Source: Patescibacteria group bacterium (GTDB lineage Bacteria > Patescibacteriota > Microgenomatia > JAMCZE01). Taken from it: 63,991 bases of DNA. Under the pieces are notes generated by a model. The model did no database searches. It was not told the DNA's origin and saw nothing but the letters and a program-made list of their open reading frames with translations. The stretch covers positions 1 through 63,991 of the forward strand of contig JAMCZE010000014.1 in the NCBI GenBank assembly GCA_023485845.1, read 5' to 3'. Position numbers and translations under genes: made by a program. Shown one piece after another: positions 10,008 through 20,150 of this stretch (its first letter is position 1; each line of letters opens with the position of its first letter).

Positions 10008-11060
10008 TTATTGCAGGCTTGCCGAGGGACTGGCTAGCTGAGATTGGATGAACTGGTGGACGGCGTCCCAGTTGCCGCTGGTCGGAAGGAGAATCCAACC
10101 CCGGTAATCCACCGGCGGGTTAATCAGATAGGTTTCATCCAACACGACACTTTTGATTGCCACCCCCCGGTATTGCAGGGTCACTTTGAGAAAGGCCCCG
10201 ATTTCCGATGGCGCAATGTCCGTGTCAATGTCGGTTTTCACCTGATTATAAATGGTTAGAATTTTTGCTGGATTTAAAAGGGTGTCGGTGGAAAAGATTT
10301 TATTTTTTAAAGCTTCCAGAACCAATTGTTGGCGGGCAGCCCGGGCAAAATCCGAACCTTCATCTCCAACCGCGTGACGGCTGCGGACAAATTTTAAGGC
10401 CGTGGCTCCGTCCATATGTTGGAAACCCGGGTCAAAGTGCAAGTGTTCATAGCGGCAGGGGAAAGCGGTGGCAGCAGAAGCATCGTCAACAATGGTGGCG
10501 GCAAGGCTAGCAGCCTGTTCGGGAGAAAAACCACAGGAGTCGTTTTCTTTGCCGTCAATAGGGTAAAGATAATCATCCAGCGGATGGGCAACGGTGACAT
10601 CAATGCCGCCAACCAAATCGACAATTTCCCGAAACACGGAAAAATTGCCCCGGATGGCGTAGTGAATTGGTAACCCTGTCACTTCGGTAGCGGCCGCTTT
10701 AGCCATCGCCAACCCCATCGGCGGGTTTTGGTCCTGGCCAAAAGCATAGGCGGCATTGATTTTGCTTTGAAGACTGTCCAAATAAATGTCTCGCGGCAGG
10801 GAAATAAGCGTTGCTTGGTGGGTTTTTGGCTGCAACGACAAGACAATCATCGAATCGGTCAAATTTGGTCCGTCATGGCCGGCATCGCCGATCCCCAAAA
10901 GAAGAATGTTAGTCCGACCGTTGTCATTTTTTAATGTCTGGTCGGCCAGAACGGCCTTTCCAGCCGAAGCCAGCGGAAGAAACAGTTTTAAAATCACAAC
11001 GGCAACCGCCAGAAACAGGGCGGCAAAGATGATTAATTTTCGGCGACTATTTTTTGGCAT
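10008..11060 (-). CDS. LCP (LytR-CpsA-Psr) family phosphotransferase
   Basis: Motifs NILLLGIG, TDSMIV, ISLPRD, KINAAY, ALKFVRSRH and DFARAARQQ. Confidence 0.93.
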   Translation of the reverse strand: MPKNSRRKLIIFAALFLAVAVVILKLFLPLASAGKAVLADQTLKNDNGRTNILLLGIGDAGHDGPNLTDSMIVLSLQPKTHQATLISLPRDIYLDSLQSKINAAYAFGQDQNPPMGLAMAKAAATEVTGLPIHYAIRGNFSVFREIVDLVGGIDVTVAHPLDDYLYPIDGKENDSCGFSPEQAASLAATIVDDASAATAFPCRYEHLHFDPGFQHMDGATALKFVRSRHAVGDEGSDFARAARQQLVLEALKNKIFSTDTLLNPAKILTIYNQVKTDIDTDIAPSEIGAFLKVTLQYRGVAIKSVVLDETYLINPPVDYRGWILLPTSGNWDAVHQFIQSQLASPSASLQ

Positions 11061-11701
11061 TGGTTAATGATAGCAGCAAAACTTTCCGGATCTAGTGATG
11101 CCTGGCCAACGACAAGACCAGAAATTAGGTTATAGGTTCTAAGTTCTAGAAAAGATAACACATTATCTGCGTTTACACTGCCGCCGTATAAAAACTGCCC
11201 GGTAAAGTTTAACTTACTTTTCCAGTCGGTTAAAACTGCATTGATTTTCTCCGGGCTTTCCGGGTGATATTGATTCTGCGTTGAGATTGCCTGCGCTGGT
11301 TCATACATAATTAAATACTTGTCGGCTGGGATATTCCTGATATTAGCCGGAATTTCTTCCAAGTTTTGGGCGCAAAGAATCGGGATGAGGCCGGCGGCGA
11401 TTGCCTGAGACATTTTTGCTTCCACTTCCTTGTTAGTTTCGTGCAGATCACAGCGCCGCTCACTGTGGCCCACCAGAACATATTTAACTTTTAAATCAGC
11501 CAACAGCCGGGCCGGCACTTCCCCGGTGTGGGCGCCAACATTAAAAGCGGACACATCCTGGGCGGCCCGGATAAACGGCGCGGTAACGGTGTCAATTAAT
11601 GGAAATGGCGCCGCTACAGCCACCTCGACGGAGCTGGTAGTTAGTAGCTGGTAGCTAGTAGCTAAGACGTTATTGGCTTTTAAATTGGCAACAATAAGCA
11701 T
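11033..11701 (-). CDS. tpiA: Triosephosphate isomerase (short, divergent)
   Basis: Motifs ANLK, AQDVS, GAHTGEV, VGHSERR, YEP, LYGGSV and GLVVGQASL. Confidence 0.93.
   Translation of the reverse strand: MLIVANLKANNVLATSYQLLTTSSVEVAVAAPFPLIDTVTAPFIRAAQDVSAFNVGAHTGEVPARLLADLKVKYVLVGHSERRCDLHETNKEVEAKMSQAIAAGLIPILCAQNLEEIPANIRNIPADKYLIMYEPAQAISTQNQYHPESPEKINAVLTDWKSKLNFTGQFLYGGSVNADNVLSFLELRTYNLISGLVVGQASLDPESFAAIINQCQKIVAEN
11126..11150. repeat. Heptamer tandem array (taggtta/taggttc/taagttc) in frame inside tpiA
   Basis: 24/25 identical to 20426-20450 inside metG. Both encode LE(L/P)RTYNL. Confidence 0.85.
11631..11665. repeat. Heptamer tandem array inside the tpiA N-terminus
   Basis: gagctgg tagttag tagctgg tagctag tagctaa, encoding LATSYQLLTTSS. 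Confidence 0.8.
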
Positions 11702-11721
11702 ATGTTATCATGGCAATTGGT

Positions 11722-13512
11722 ATGAATGATTTTCTCAAAGATCTTAATGAGAAACAACAGGCAGCTGTCAAAGAGACCGCTGGCCCGGTGCTAATTCTAG
11801 CCGGGGCGGGCTCCGGCAAGACGCGGGTGCTAACCTATCGGGTGGCCTATTTGATCTGCGTTAAAAAAGTGGCCCCGGAAAATATTTTGCTAGTGACCTT
11901 CACCAATAAAGCGGCCAAGGAGATGAAGGAGCGGGTTTCCCACTTGCTGTCGGACTCTGCCCAACCGTTTGCCGGAACGTTTCATAGTTTATGTGCCAAG
12001 ATTTTGCGCCAGGATGGCAAGGAAATTAGTATCGCCCCGCGGTTTCAGATTTATGATGACAACGATAGTCAGGACCTGATTAAAGAAGTGATGAAAAAGA
12101 TGGATATTTCTACTAAAGATTTTAATCCGGCGGCGGTGGCGGCCACCATCGGCCAGGCTAAGAACCAATTGATCAATTCCCTAGAATATCCCCAATATGC
12201 CCGGGGGTTTTTCCAGGAAACTGTCTCTCAAATTTACCTTTCCTACCAGAAGACGCTTAAAGAAAACGAAGCCTTGGACTTTGACGATCTGATCATGGAA
12301 ACCGTCCGGCTGTTTCGCAGCCGCCCAGAGGTTTTGGAAAAATATCAAGACCGGTTCCGCTATGTTCTGGTTGATGAATACCAGGACACCAACTTTGCCC
12401 AATTTGAATTAACCAAGTTGTTGGCAAAAAAATATGGGAACATCTGCGTGGTGGGCGATTTTTCTCAAAGCATTTATTCCTGGCGGGGAGCCGACTTTAA
12501 GAATCTGCTGCGTTTCAGAACGGAATTTCCTCAGACAAAAACATTTAATCTGGAGCAGAATTATCGCTCCACCCAGAAGATTCTTGACGCCGCTTACGGC
12601 GTGATTTCCAAAAATAAATCGCACCCGATTTTGAAATTATGGACTAATAATGACGGTGGTGACCGGATTTTTTTGTATGAAGCCCGTAACGAGCAGGATG
12701 AGGCAATCTTCATAATAAATTCAATAAAACAATTAAGTGATAAAACAATAAATTATTCTGATTACGCTGTGCTTTATCGGACTAATGCCCAGTCCCGGGT
12801 TTTGGAAGAGGCATTTTTGTATGCGGGAGTGCCCTACACCCTGGTGGGCGGCACCCGGTTTTATGAACGCAAAGAGGTGAAAGATGTTCTTTCCTATTTG
12901 CGCTTAATTCACAATCCCAAAGACACTGTGGCCTTGAAACGAGTCGAGAAACTTGGAAAAGGACGGTTAGAGAAGTATCGTTCTTTGGAAAAGAACGATA
13001 CTTTATTAAGTCAACCTACCCTTGGCGTTTTGGACCAAGTGTTAGCAGCCACCGGCTATTTGGAGTTGTTTGACGAGGAGGACGAAGAAGACCTGGCCAG
13101 GCTGGAGAACATTAAAGAGCTGCGCTCTGTGGCCCAGGAATTTACGTCTTTGGACGAATTCCTCGAAAACGTTGCCCTCGTTGAGAAGGAAAGCAGGCGG
13201 TCATCAAGCAGTGAAGCGGTAACGTTAATGACTCTCCATGCAGCCAAAGGACTGGAGTTTCCCACTGTCTTTATGGTGGGGATGGAGGAGGGGCTTTTTC
13301 CCCACAGTCGAGCGCTGATGGACATGTCGGAAATGGAAGAAGAGCGCCGGCTTTGTTATGTTGGGATCACCCGGGCCCGGGAAAAACTTTATCTTTCTTA
13401 TGCCCGTCACCGCCTATTCTTCGGCGCCCGCTCCTCCAACATGATTTCCCGCTTCATCGCCGACATTCCGGAACATTTGTTGGAAGCAAAATTTAGTTCG
13501 ATGCTAGAATAG
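11722..13512 (+). CDS. pcrA: PcrA/UvrD superfamily 1A DNA helicase (compact)
   Basis: Motifs LAGAGSGKT, TFTNKAA, VDEYQDTN, VGDFSQSIY, LEQNYRS, AVLYRTNAQSR, TLHAAKGLEF and EERRLCYVGITRA. Alternative start at 11710. Confidence 0.95.
   Translation: MNDFLKDLNEKQQAAVKETAGPVLILAGAGSGKTRVLTYRVAYLICVKKVAPENILLVTFTNKAAKEMKERVSHLLSDSAQPFAGTFHSLCAKILRQDGKEISIAPRFQIYDDNDSQDLIKEVMKKMDISTKDFNPAAVAATIGQAKNQLINSLEYPQYARGFFQETVSQIYLSYQKTLKENEALDFDDLIMETVRLFRSRPEVLEKYQDRFRYVLVDEYQDTNFAQFELTKLLAKKYGNICVVGDFSQSIYSWRGADFKNLLRFRTEFPQTKTFNLEQNYRSTQKILDAAYGVISKNKSHPILKLWTNNDGGDRIFLYEARNEQDEAIFIINSIKQLSDKTINYSDYAVLYRTNAQSRVLEEAFLYAGVPYTLVGGTRFYERKEVKDVLSYLRLIHNPKDTVALKRVEKLGKGRLEKYRSLEKNDTLLSQPTLGVLDQVLAATGYLELFDEEDEEDLARLENIKELRSVAQEFTSLDEFLENVALVEKESRRSSSSEAVTLMTLHAAKGLEFPTVFMVGMEEGLFPHSRALMDMSEMEEERRLCYVGITRAREKLYLSYARHRLFFGARSSNMISRFIADIPEHLLEAKFSSMLE
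12713..12752. repeat. Octamer tandem array inside pcrA
   Basis: taataaat tcaataaa acaattaa gtgataaa acaataaa, an AT-rich patch in an otherwise GC-balanced gene. Confidence 0.65.
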
Positions 13513-13516
13513 ATAT

Positions 13517-14335
13517 ATGGAAAACGGAAACAGCCTCGTCTCTTTTCGAAATAAAGAAATTCGTCGTGTTTATAACGAGAAGGAAGAGAAATGGTATTTC
13601 TCTGTGGTAGATATAATTGCGGTTCTGACTGGGAGTTTAACCCCAAGAAATTACTGGAAGGTGTTGAAAAATCGATTAAAGAAAGAAGGTAGTCAAGTGG
13701 TTACAAACTGTAACCACTTGAAGCTTTTGGCAGATGATAACAGGTTTCGTCTAACTGATGTCGCAGATGTCGAGACACTTCTTCGACTGATTCAATCAGT
13801 TCCGTCTCCCAATGCGGAACCAATGAAGTTATGGTTAGCAAGAGTTGGTTACGAGCGAGTTCAAGAGGTCTCTGATCCTGAGAAAGCATTGAATCGGTCT
13901 CGGGAATATTGGCAGCGAATGGGACGAAGCCAACAGTGGATTCAGCAAAGAATGATGGGTCAGGAGATTAGGAATAAACTGACTGATTATTGGAAGTCGC
14001 ACAAAATCAAAGAGCAGAAAGAATACGCGATTCTCACAAATATTATTCACCAGGAATGGAGCAACCTCTCCGTTAGAGAGCACAAAAGTCTTAAGGGATT
14101 GAAGACGGAAAATTTGCGGGACCATATGTCTGATGCAGAATTGGTTTTTACCGCCCTGGCAGAACTTTCCACTCGCCAGATTGCGGAAACGGAGAAAGCT
14201 GTTGGAATGGTGCCGAATAAAATTGCTGGCAAAAAAGGCGGCCAGGTGGCCAAAAACGCCCGTCGGGAATTAGAGCAAAAAACCGGAAATAAAATCGTCT
14301 CCGGCAGAAATTTCCTACTAACAAGTGATAGGTAA
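13517..14335 (+). CDS. Bro-N domain DNA-binding protein
   Basis: Motifs IRRVY...WYFSVVDIIAVLT..PRNYWKVLKNRL, LIQSVPSPNAEP and NLRDHMS. Confidence 0.88.
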   Translation: MENGNSLVSFRNKEIRRVYNEKEEKWYFSVVDIIAVLTGSLTPRNYWKVLKNRLKKEGSQVVTNCNHLKLLADDNRFRLTDVADVETLLRLIQSVPSPNAEPMKLWLARVGYERVQEVSDPEKALNRSREYWQRMGRSQQWIQQRMMGQEIRNKLTDYWKSHKIKEQKEYAILTNIIHQEWSNLSVREHKSLKGLKTENLRDHMSDAELVFTALAELSTRQIAETEKAVGMVPNKIAGKKGGQVAKNARRELEQKTGNKIVSGRNFLLTSDR

Positions 14336-14336
14336 A

Positions 14337-15179
14337 TTATCTAATCGGAGAGATGTTATAGTAAGAATAGAAATTCTCAATTGCACATTTTGGTTGCCAG
14401 ACGGGATTAGGAAATGCGTCAATTAATTCTTTCCAAGTGGCTGCTGTTTTAATTTTGGCCATGAAGCGATCGACTAGGTCGTATTTGATACCGCCTTGGC
14501 TGTTAAGGAATTGTCCCCAGATGGAATCTCCTTGCAGGGACATTCCGGTTTTCATTCCGTCGGAAACTGGATAGCCCTCAGGCACCAGTCGAACCATGTG
14601 GGCGATGAATTCCGGCGGATAGATATTGCGATAGGCGACAGTGTTATAAAGCCAGGAACCGCCAATTACAGTTTCTGCTTGTGGGCACGATTGACTAATG
14701 GCGGTGAACATTTGCTTCATCTCCTCTTGTCGCTTATCTCGATTGACACTAGCGAGCTCACTTTTCTCACCCCGTTTAAGGGAAGAAACATGAACTTTGA
14801 TAACCTTTCCGTTATCTAATGGCTCAAAGCGAAAAATCCCAAAATGGAAACCATCATTTTTCGGAATTGGGTCTTCATATTTACTGTGAGGTTGTGATAA
14901 ATACCAAGAGTACAAAATGTTAGTAATCGTCTCTGCATCTTGATCCGTGCAGGATTCCATGAGCCCCCGCCACTTAGGAGATTCGGATCCTTTTGAGAAT
15001 TTATGTCGAAAAAGTCTTCTGTATAAAGCTGTGTTTCTGGTCAAACTTTCTGTCGGAGTGATTCCTTGTATTAATGTTGCTTTCTCGGCGAACACGACTT
15101 GAGCTTCGAAATATCCCCGGGGGTGCTCCGGCAAATTCTCCGGTTCTTTTGTTTGCTTGTTTCCTGGCTCTGGGGTCAT
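14337..15179 (-). CDS. Conserved hypothetical protein
   Basis: 280-aa ATG ORF with motifs GGSWLYN..AYR and WGQF. TATAAT lies just upstream. Confidence 0.75.
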   Translation of the reverse strand: MTPEPGNKQTKEPENLPEHPRGYFEAQVVFAEKATLIQGITPTESLTRNTALYRRLFRHKFSKGSESPKWRGLMESCTDQDAETITNILYSWYLSQPHSKYEDPIPKNDGFHFGIFRFEPLDNGKVIKVHVSSLKRGEKSELASVNRDKRQEEMKQMFTAISQSCPQAETVIGGSWLYNTVAYRNIYPPEFIAHMVRLVPEGYPVSDGMKTGMSLQGDSIWGQFLNSQGGIKYDLVDRFMAKIKTAATWKELIDAFPNPVWQPKCAIENFYSYYNISPIR

Positions 15180-15198
15180 GATCTCTAATTATAGCAGT

Positions 15199-16635
15199 TC
15201 AGATTGGTTCCGGGCTCCAGGGGGGTGGGGTGACGGGAGAGAAGTTTTGGTAGAGATAGATGCTGCCGAATTTGGCGGCGAGACAGTAGTCTTTTGCTAA
15301 AAAATCTTCCAGGGAGGGGAAAGGAAACTGCACCGGCCGGGTGACGGCGATAATTTTTGGCTGGAATTTCACCAGGCGCTCCATGATTAAGTTATAGTTA
15401 GACGCCGGAATGGTTGTCAGGTGATGGGCCTGGATGAATTTAGTGGCCGCCGGACGATCGGAGAGGTCATAGATCGACGCTGTGTCCCCCCAAACAAAGA
15501 TAGAGTTGCTAGGATTCGTGTTCTGGATTATATATTGAGCAGCAGCATAGCCATTTAGCGTTCGGGGGTCGAAATAGCTAGCATAATCAGTCCAGGCTTC
15601 CCGCTCAGAAATATAGTTAAAGAAATTTTGGTAATAACTTCTTGGTTCCAGGGCAAAAGCGCCGACAAAGGAACGGGCCAGCACAACAAGGAGTATTATG
15701 TATAATGTATTAAGTATCATGTATTGACGTAGGTGAGCAACAAGATAGGTGAATAACAACACAGCCGGGGGAACGATTTGTAAGAGATAATGCCGATAGG
15801 GCCGGTTGGAAAGAAGCGCTCCATAAAGGGAAAATCCAAACCACAAGCCCAGAAATAGCAGTTCGGCCGAGATTAATTTTCTCCGATAGCTAAAAGCCAA
15901 CAGCCCCGAGCCAAAAGCTAAGATAATTCCTTTAATAAACAGGGGATTTGATAATTTGGACAGCGGCCCGGAATCAACGGAAACATAAGAGGCATTCTGG
16001 GAAAAAGCGGCGGTGACAAAATCCCCCAGGGCATGGTTAAGGGCAAAGTAGCCAAAAACGGCCACCACCGGAACGATAAACCCGACTGCCATTGAAATAA
16101 TTTTTCTGGGTTCAAATTTAATTAAAGCCATCGCCAGACCCAGACCGGCAAAGTCAAGGATGGCCGGAACTTTGAGAAGGAAGGCGATGGCCGCCAACAC
16201 GCCGATCCAAAAACCGTTGCGCCGCTGCCAAATCATAATGGCGCCAAGGGTAATCGGCAGGGTGAAATAGAGTTCGGCGTTGGCGATGGTTCCCTCAAGA
16301 ATCGGCAGTGACAAGAGAGTGCCGGTTAAAAGGGCGGCGATATAGCTTTTCTTGAAAAGATAGAAAACACCCGTAATTGTTCCTAAAACGGCCGCCGTGG
16401 CGGAAAGCTTTGCCCACAGTAAAGTGGGGCTAATGGCGTAGATAACATAAAGCAGTGGGGTTTTGTTGTCCCAGATGTCCCGGTAGAGCACGGCTCCCCG
16501 GCGCATCATCTCGCCCAAAACCAAGTAAATTTCCTCATCCCCATACCAATGTGGTTCAAAAAAGCTCGGCAAGCGCAGCAGAAAAATAAAAAAAAGAATT
16601 CCCAGGAGCCAAAAGTTAATTTTTAACTTGGGCAT
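15199..16635 (-). CDS. GT-C membrane glycosyltransferase (ArnT/PMT-like)
   Basis: Motifs WYGDEEIY, LYRDIWDNKTP and ANAELY, many TM helices and HYLLQ. Confidence 0.85.
   Translation of the reverse strand: MPKLKINFWLLGILFFIFLLRLPSFFEPHWYGDEEIYLVLGEMMRRGAVLYRDIWDNKTPLLYVIYAISPTLLWAKLSATAAVLGTITGVFYLFKKSYIAALLTGTLLSLPILEGTIANAELYFTLPITLGAIMIWQRRNGFWIGVLAAIAFLLKVPAILDFAGLGLAMALIKFEPRKIISMAVGFIVPVVAVFGYFALNHALGDFVTAAFSQNASYVSVDSGPLSKLSNPLFIKGIILAFGSGLLAFSYRRKLISAELLFLGLWFGFSLYGALLSNRPYRHYLLQIVPPAVLLFTYLVAHLRQYMILNTLYIILLVVLARSFVGAFALEPRSYYQNFFNYISEREAWTDYASYFDPRTLNGYAAAQYIIQNTNPSNSIFVWGDTASIYDLSDRPAATKFIQAHHLTTIPASNYNLIMERLVKFQPKIIAVTRPVQFPFPSLEDFLAKDYCLAAKFGSIYLYQNFSPVTPPPWSPEPI
15692..15726. repeat. 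Heptamer tandem array inside the GT-C gene
   Basis: agtatta tgtataa tgtatta agtatca tgtattg, encoding QYMILNTLYII. Confidence 0.75.
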
Positions 16636-16645
16636 TAATTATATT

Positions 16646-18130
16646 TTACGCCTTTTTCTCTGTGACATGATAGCCCAGATATTTGCCCAGCATTAAGCGC
16701 GTTTGCGATTCCAACCCCGGCATGGAGCCCAGGACTAGCCCGGTGATTGGCAGCAGCAGCCATTGAAGATAAGTGACGGGCAGAAGCATGTGGCGCAGTT
16801 TATTTCGCAGCAGCAGATCATAGACAGTGATGGCAACAGCGCCAATCATGCAAATCGTCAGGATTAAGCTGCTAGTTCGTGAGAGGTTAAATCCCAGCGT
16901 GGTTCTGGCAAAAGCGGGATTAAGAAGGGTGGGAATGGTGGCGCCAAGGGTGATGAGAAACCAAGAGGTGCTCCAGGCGAAATGGGTCTCCAAGGCCAGT
17001 GACAGTTTGACCAATTTGTCCCAGAAAGGAATTTCCGGGTGAAGAAAAAAGTTTTTGACCACATAAGGGATGTCCACTGCTCCCCAGGCCCAACGTTTGT
17101 GTTGTTGGTAGCCATTTTTAAAAGTTTCCCAATGGGTGCCCGCTTCAGCAGCATCGATGGAAACCGGTAAATAAACCGGCGTAACATAGGTTTTTCCCTT
17201 AAGAAAGAAGTAACACTTGTAATAGAGATGGGCGTCCTCAGGAATGACATCCACATCCCAATAACCAACTTGATCAAGAAGCCTAAGAGAAAGCGAATAT
17301 GTTGAATAATTTAAAAACCGTTGACTATATTTTTGCAGGACAGAAAGGAAATAAATTCCACCAATAATTGAGGGAAGGCGAATGTAGACCGGGACACGTT
17401 GAATGTTGTTATGCATAAAAATCGGTGCCTGAAAAAAATTATTGAAGGGGTGAGGCGAAGTGAGAAATTTATAAGTAAGTAGGGAAAAATATTGCTCAGG
17501 AAAAACACAGTCGATATCAGAAGTGGTAATTAAGATGTCCTCAATAGGGACTTTAAGTTTTTCCACCAGAGTTTTTTTGGCTTGTCTGGCGGCGTAGGCC
17601 TCATTACTGTGTTTGCCAATAGTTTCCCCAGGAGCAAGCGGGTGAGAAGTGACCAAAAAGTGGCCAAATTTATGTTGGTATTTTTGTAACAGAAGTTCAG
17701 CTCTTTTACGGTTAAACTCCTTTCCGGCACGCTCTTCCATGGCGATAACGACCATTATTTTTTTTGTCGGGAAACTTTGGGCCAAAAGAGAATCCAGATT
17801 GCGCTGGGCCAACTCCAAGGGTTCCTTAACCATGGGAATAATGATGATGTTCCAAACAGAGTTGGGTTTTAATTTTTCTTGCCAATTAATTTTCTTGGTG
17901 GCGCGGATGTTTAAATAGCCCAAAGTGGCATAAAAAGCTAGCTGAACGCAGCGATAGAGCCAGTAGATATTAAAAGCGATGATAAAGTAGGCAATGACGT
18001 CGGGAATAAAAAAACTGCCGACGATAACGGAGGCGATAATTAACCAGGGAACCAGCCCGGTCAAGATTTCCAACCCTCGCTGGGTGCGGACGGGATGATA
18101 GTGGATGTAGTCAACAATGCGATCATTCAT
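16646..18130 (-). CDS. Membrane GT2 glycosyltransferase
   Basis: Motifs IIIPMVKE, GKHSN, DID, IPED and QHKRWAWG, with TM helices at both ends. Confidence 0.88.
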   Translation of the reverse strand: MNDRIVDYIHYHPVRTQRGLEILTGLVPWLIIASVIVGSFFIPDVIAYFIIAFNIYWLYRCVQLAFYATLGYLNIRATKKINWQEKLKPNSVWNIIIIPMVKEPLELAQRNLDSLLAQSFPTKKIMVVIAMEERAGKEFNRKRAELLLQKYQHKFGHFLVTSHPLAPGETIGKHSNEAYAARQAKKTLVEKLKVPIEDILITTSDIDCVFPEQYFSLLTYKFLTSPHPFNNFFQAPIFMHNNIQRVPVYIRLPSIIGGIYFLSVLQKYSQRFLNYSTYSLSLRLLDQVGYWDVDVIPEDAHLYYKCYFFLKGKTYVTPVYLPVSIDAAEAGTHWETFKNGYQQHKRWAWGAVDIPYVVKNFFLHPEIPFWDKLVKLSLALETHFAWSTSWFLITLGATIPTLLNPAFARTTLGFNLSRTSSLILTICMIGAVAITVYDLLLRNKLRHMLLPVTYLQWLLLPITGLVLGSMPGLESQTRLMLGKYLGYHVTEKKA

Positions 18131-18861
18131 ATACCAAATAATATTTGCGCGTTTTTAGAGGTGATTTTTGATAACTCCTCTAGACTTATAGATTTAAGAT
18201 CAGCCAGGAATTGCACGGTAATTTTAACATTTGCGGGCGTGTTTTGCGAACCGCGCAATGGATGGGGAGCAAGGAAGGGAGAATCGGTCTCAACGAGTAA
18301 TCTTTCCAACGGCACTAATTTAGCCAATTGTTGCAACCCCGACGCATTTTTAAACGTGACGTTCCCGGCAAAAGAGATATAAAAGTCCGGTAATTTTGTC
18401 AGGATAAAATTTAAATATCTTTCGTCGCCGGAAAAACAATGAAACACGCCGCGCGTTCCGGCTAAATCCATTTTCATCAAATCATCCTGGGCGTCACGGA
18501 TGTGAATTGATAGAGGTAAGTTTAATTTTCTGGCAATCCCGATTTGTTTTTCAAAAATTTCTTTCTGGCCCGGCAGTCCCACTTTATAATCCAGGCCACA
18601 TTCACCAATGGCGGCAACTCTTGGCATCTGGGCTAACTGCTCGAACTTTCCCCAATTGGCACATGATTCTTCGGGATGAATGCCAACGGCGGCATAAACA
18701 CCGTCATGGTTTTGGGCGATTTCAATTCCTTCTTGGGAGTCTTCTAACGTCGTTCCGATAGTGATGATTTTTTCCACCCCGGCGTCTTTTGCCTGGGCCA
18801 GGGTCTGGTCCACATCCGGGCAAAATTTTTTGGTGAGGTGGCAGTGGGAGTCAATTAGCAT
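18127..18861 (-). CDS. tatD: TatD family DNase
   Basis: Motifs IDSHCH, VGIHP, AIGECGLD, HIRDA, GVFHCFSG and ETDSPFLAP. Confidence 0.95.
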   Translation of the reverse strand: MLIDSHCHLTKKFCPDVDQTLAQAKDAGVEKIITIGTTLEDSQEGIEIAQNHDGVYAAVGIHPEESCANWGKFEQLAQMPRVAAIGECGLDYKVGLPGQKEIFEKQIGIARKLNLPLSIHIRDAQDDLMKMDLAGTRGVFHCFSGDERYLNFILTKLPDFYISFAGNVTFKNASGLQQLAKLVPLERLLVETDSPFLAPHPLRGSQNTPANVKITVQFLADLKSISLEELSKITSKNAQILFGI

Positions 18862-19148
18862 GAGGCCAGCTTCTCAATAGTCCACATTCGTAACAAAGAA
18901 GATGTGGACAACCCAAGATTTCTAGCTATTTTTTCAAGCTCACTTTTTAAGTTTTTTTGTAAGCGGAAAGTAAGAGTTTCTTCTTTTATCGAATCGGTGA
19001 CCTCAAAGCGAATATTTAAGGGTTTTGAAAAATCAAAATAGTCTGTGAAGCTATGGGTATCCCAAAAAATCGCCTCCTCAAGGCTGGTTTTGAACTTTGG
19101 CAAAGGCCTAAGCATTTTCTTTTTCTTTTTTGCTTTGCTCGTATTCAT
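18855..19148 (-). CDS. CopG/BrnA-type antitoxin
   Basis: PKFKTSLEEAIFWDTHSFTDY plus an RHH region (TFRL...GLSTSSLLRMW). Confidence 0.85.
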   Translation of the reverse strand: MNTSKAKKKKKMLRPLPKFKTSLEEAIFWDTHSFTDYFDFSKPLNIRFEVTDSIKEETLTFRLQKNLKSELEKIARNLGLSTSSLLRMWTIEKLASC

Positions 19149-19404
19149 AAAAGGTTTTCCTTTCTTTTTCGTCAGCGTCTCTTGCTGTTTTAAGTTTGAG
19201 TTTGTTTCCTGTCATCTCCACAATGACTGATAAGATTCTTCTTCCCACTCGACCAACAAGGATCTTCCTCCTTGAATGTCCTTCTAAAATCAAAGCGTCA
19301 GAATTAATTACTGTTTTAACCTCTTCGATTGCAACTCTGTGCAATCCAATATGCTCTCCAATTCCCTTGTCCAAAATTATTTTTTGAATCCTGACAATTG
19401 TCAT
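19108..19404 (-). CDS. BrnT-like toxin
   Basis: HIGLHRVAIEEV, ILVGRVGRRILSVI and TARDADEKER. Lies upstream of the CopG antitoxin. Confidence 0.8.
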   Translation of the reverse strand: MTIVRIQKIILDKGIGEHIGLHRVAIEEVKTVINSDALILEGHSRRKILVGRVGRRILSVIVEMTGNKLKLKTARDADEKERKTFYEYEQSKKEKENA

Positions 19405-19438
19405 GTATATTGTAATACCTTGTCTTACATTTTGTCAA
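19405..19438 (-). promoter_or_regulatory. Sigma70 promoter with an operator-like inverted repeat for the brnT-antitoxin operon
   Basis: Minus strand reads TTGACA-18 nt-TACAAT. The imperfect IR tgtaagac-aag-gtattaca lies in the spacer. Confidence 0.65.
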
Positions 19439-19442
19439 TGGT

Positions 19443-20150
19443 CTATAACTTAGTATACGACTTTCCGGGCCGGGTTTTGCGGCCAATCTCAGCATTGATC
19501 CGGTCCCAAACCGGCCGCATCTTCCAATATGACGACTTGCCGTTAACCCGGTAGTAGATGGCAGAAAAGAGGGGGGTTTTGACAATGTCATATCCCCGGG
19601 CCAACATTTCGCAGGCCCAATCGTAATCTTCACTTCCCTCAATCAGTCTTTCGTCAAACGGGTAAATTCTCCAAAGATCTCTTCTGATAAGACTATTGGT
19701 GTTTGTCAACCACGGGCAACGATGCTGTTCGCTGCGAAGGCGCATTGCTTTAAGAAATAGTTTGGAATTAGCGAAGTGACTGTGACTGTCAGCGTAATAA
19801 CCAGTGACTGCTGCAACTTTTTTGTCCGCGAAAAACTTCAGCCCGTCGGCATAGAAATTTTCTCCTTGGGGCACACTGTGGCCGCTGAGAATTCCAATAT
19901 ATTGTCCTTTTGATTTGTTTATACCCAAATTGAGAGCATAGCTATAGTTAAAGTCTCCCGGTTCTATTTGAATAAGTCGGACCGAAAATTTCCTAATGAT
20001 TTCCAGAGTTTTGTCGGTTGATCCCGAGTCAACGATAATAATCTCAAAATCCTGACGGGTTTGTTTTTTTAAAGCCGCTAAAACTTCACCGATATGTCGT
20101 TCTTCGTTTTTGGTTCGGATCACTCATGAGGTGGTAACTTTGGATGTCAT
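19443..20150 (-). pseudogene. GT2 glycosyltransferase with an in-frame TGA at codon 9 (or a GTG restart at 20123)
   Basis: The ATG at 20150 overlaps the metG stop (ATGA) and reads MTSKVTTS*VIRTKNEERHIG. GT2 motifs IIIVDSGSTD, ALNLGI and SEDYDW follow. Confidence 0.7.

Noticed and set aside
832..13512. Gabija (OLD nuclease + UvrD)
   Set aside because: The UvrD genes are 9 and 22 kb away, of housekeeping type, and not operonic with the OLD gene.
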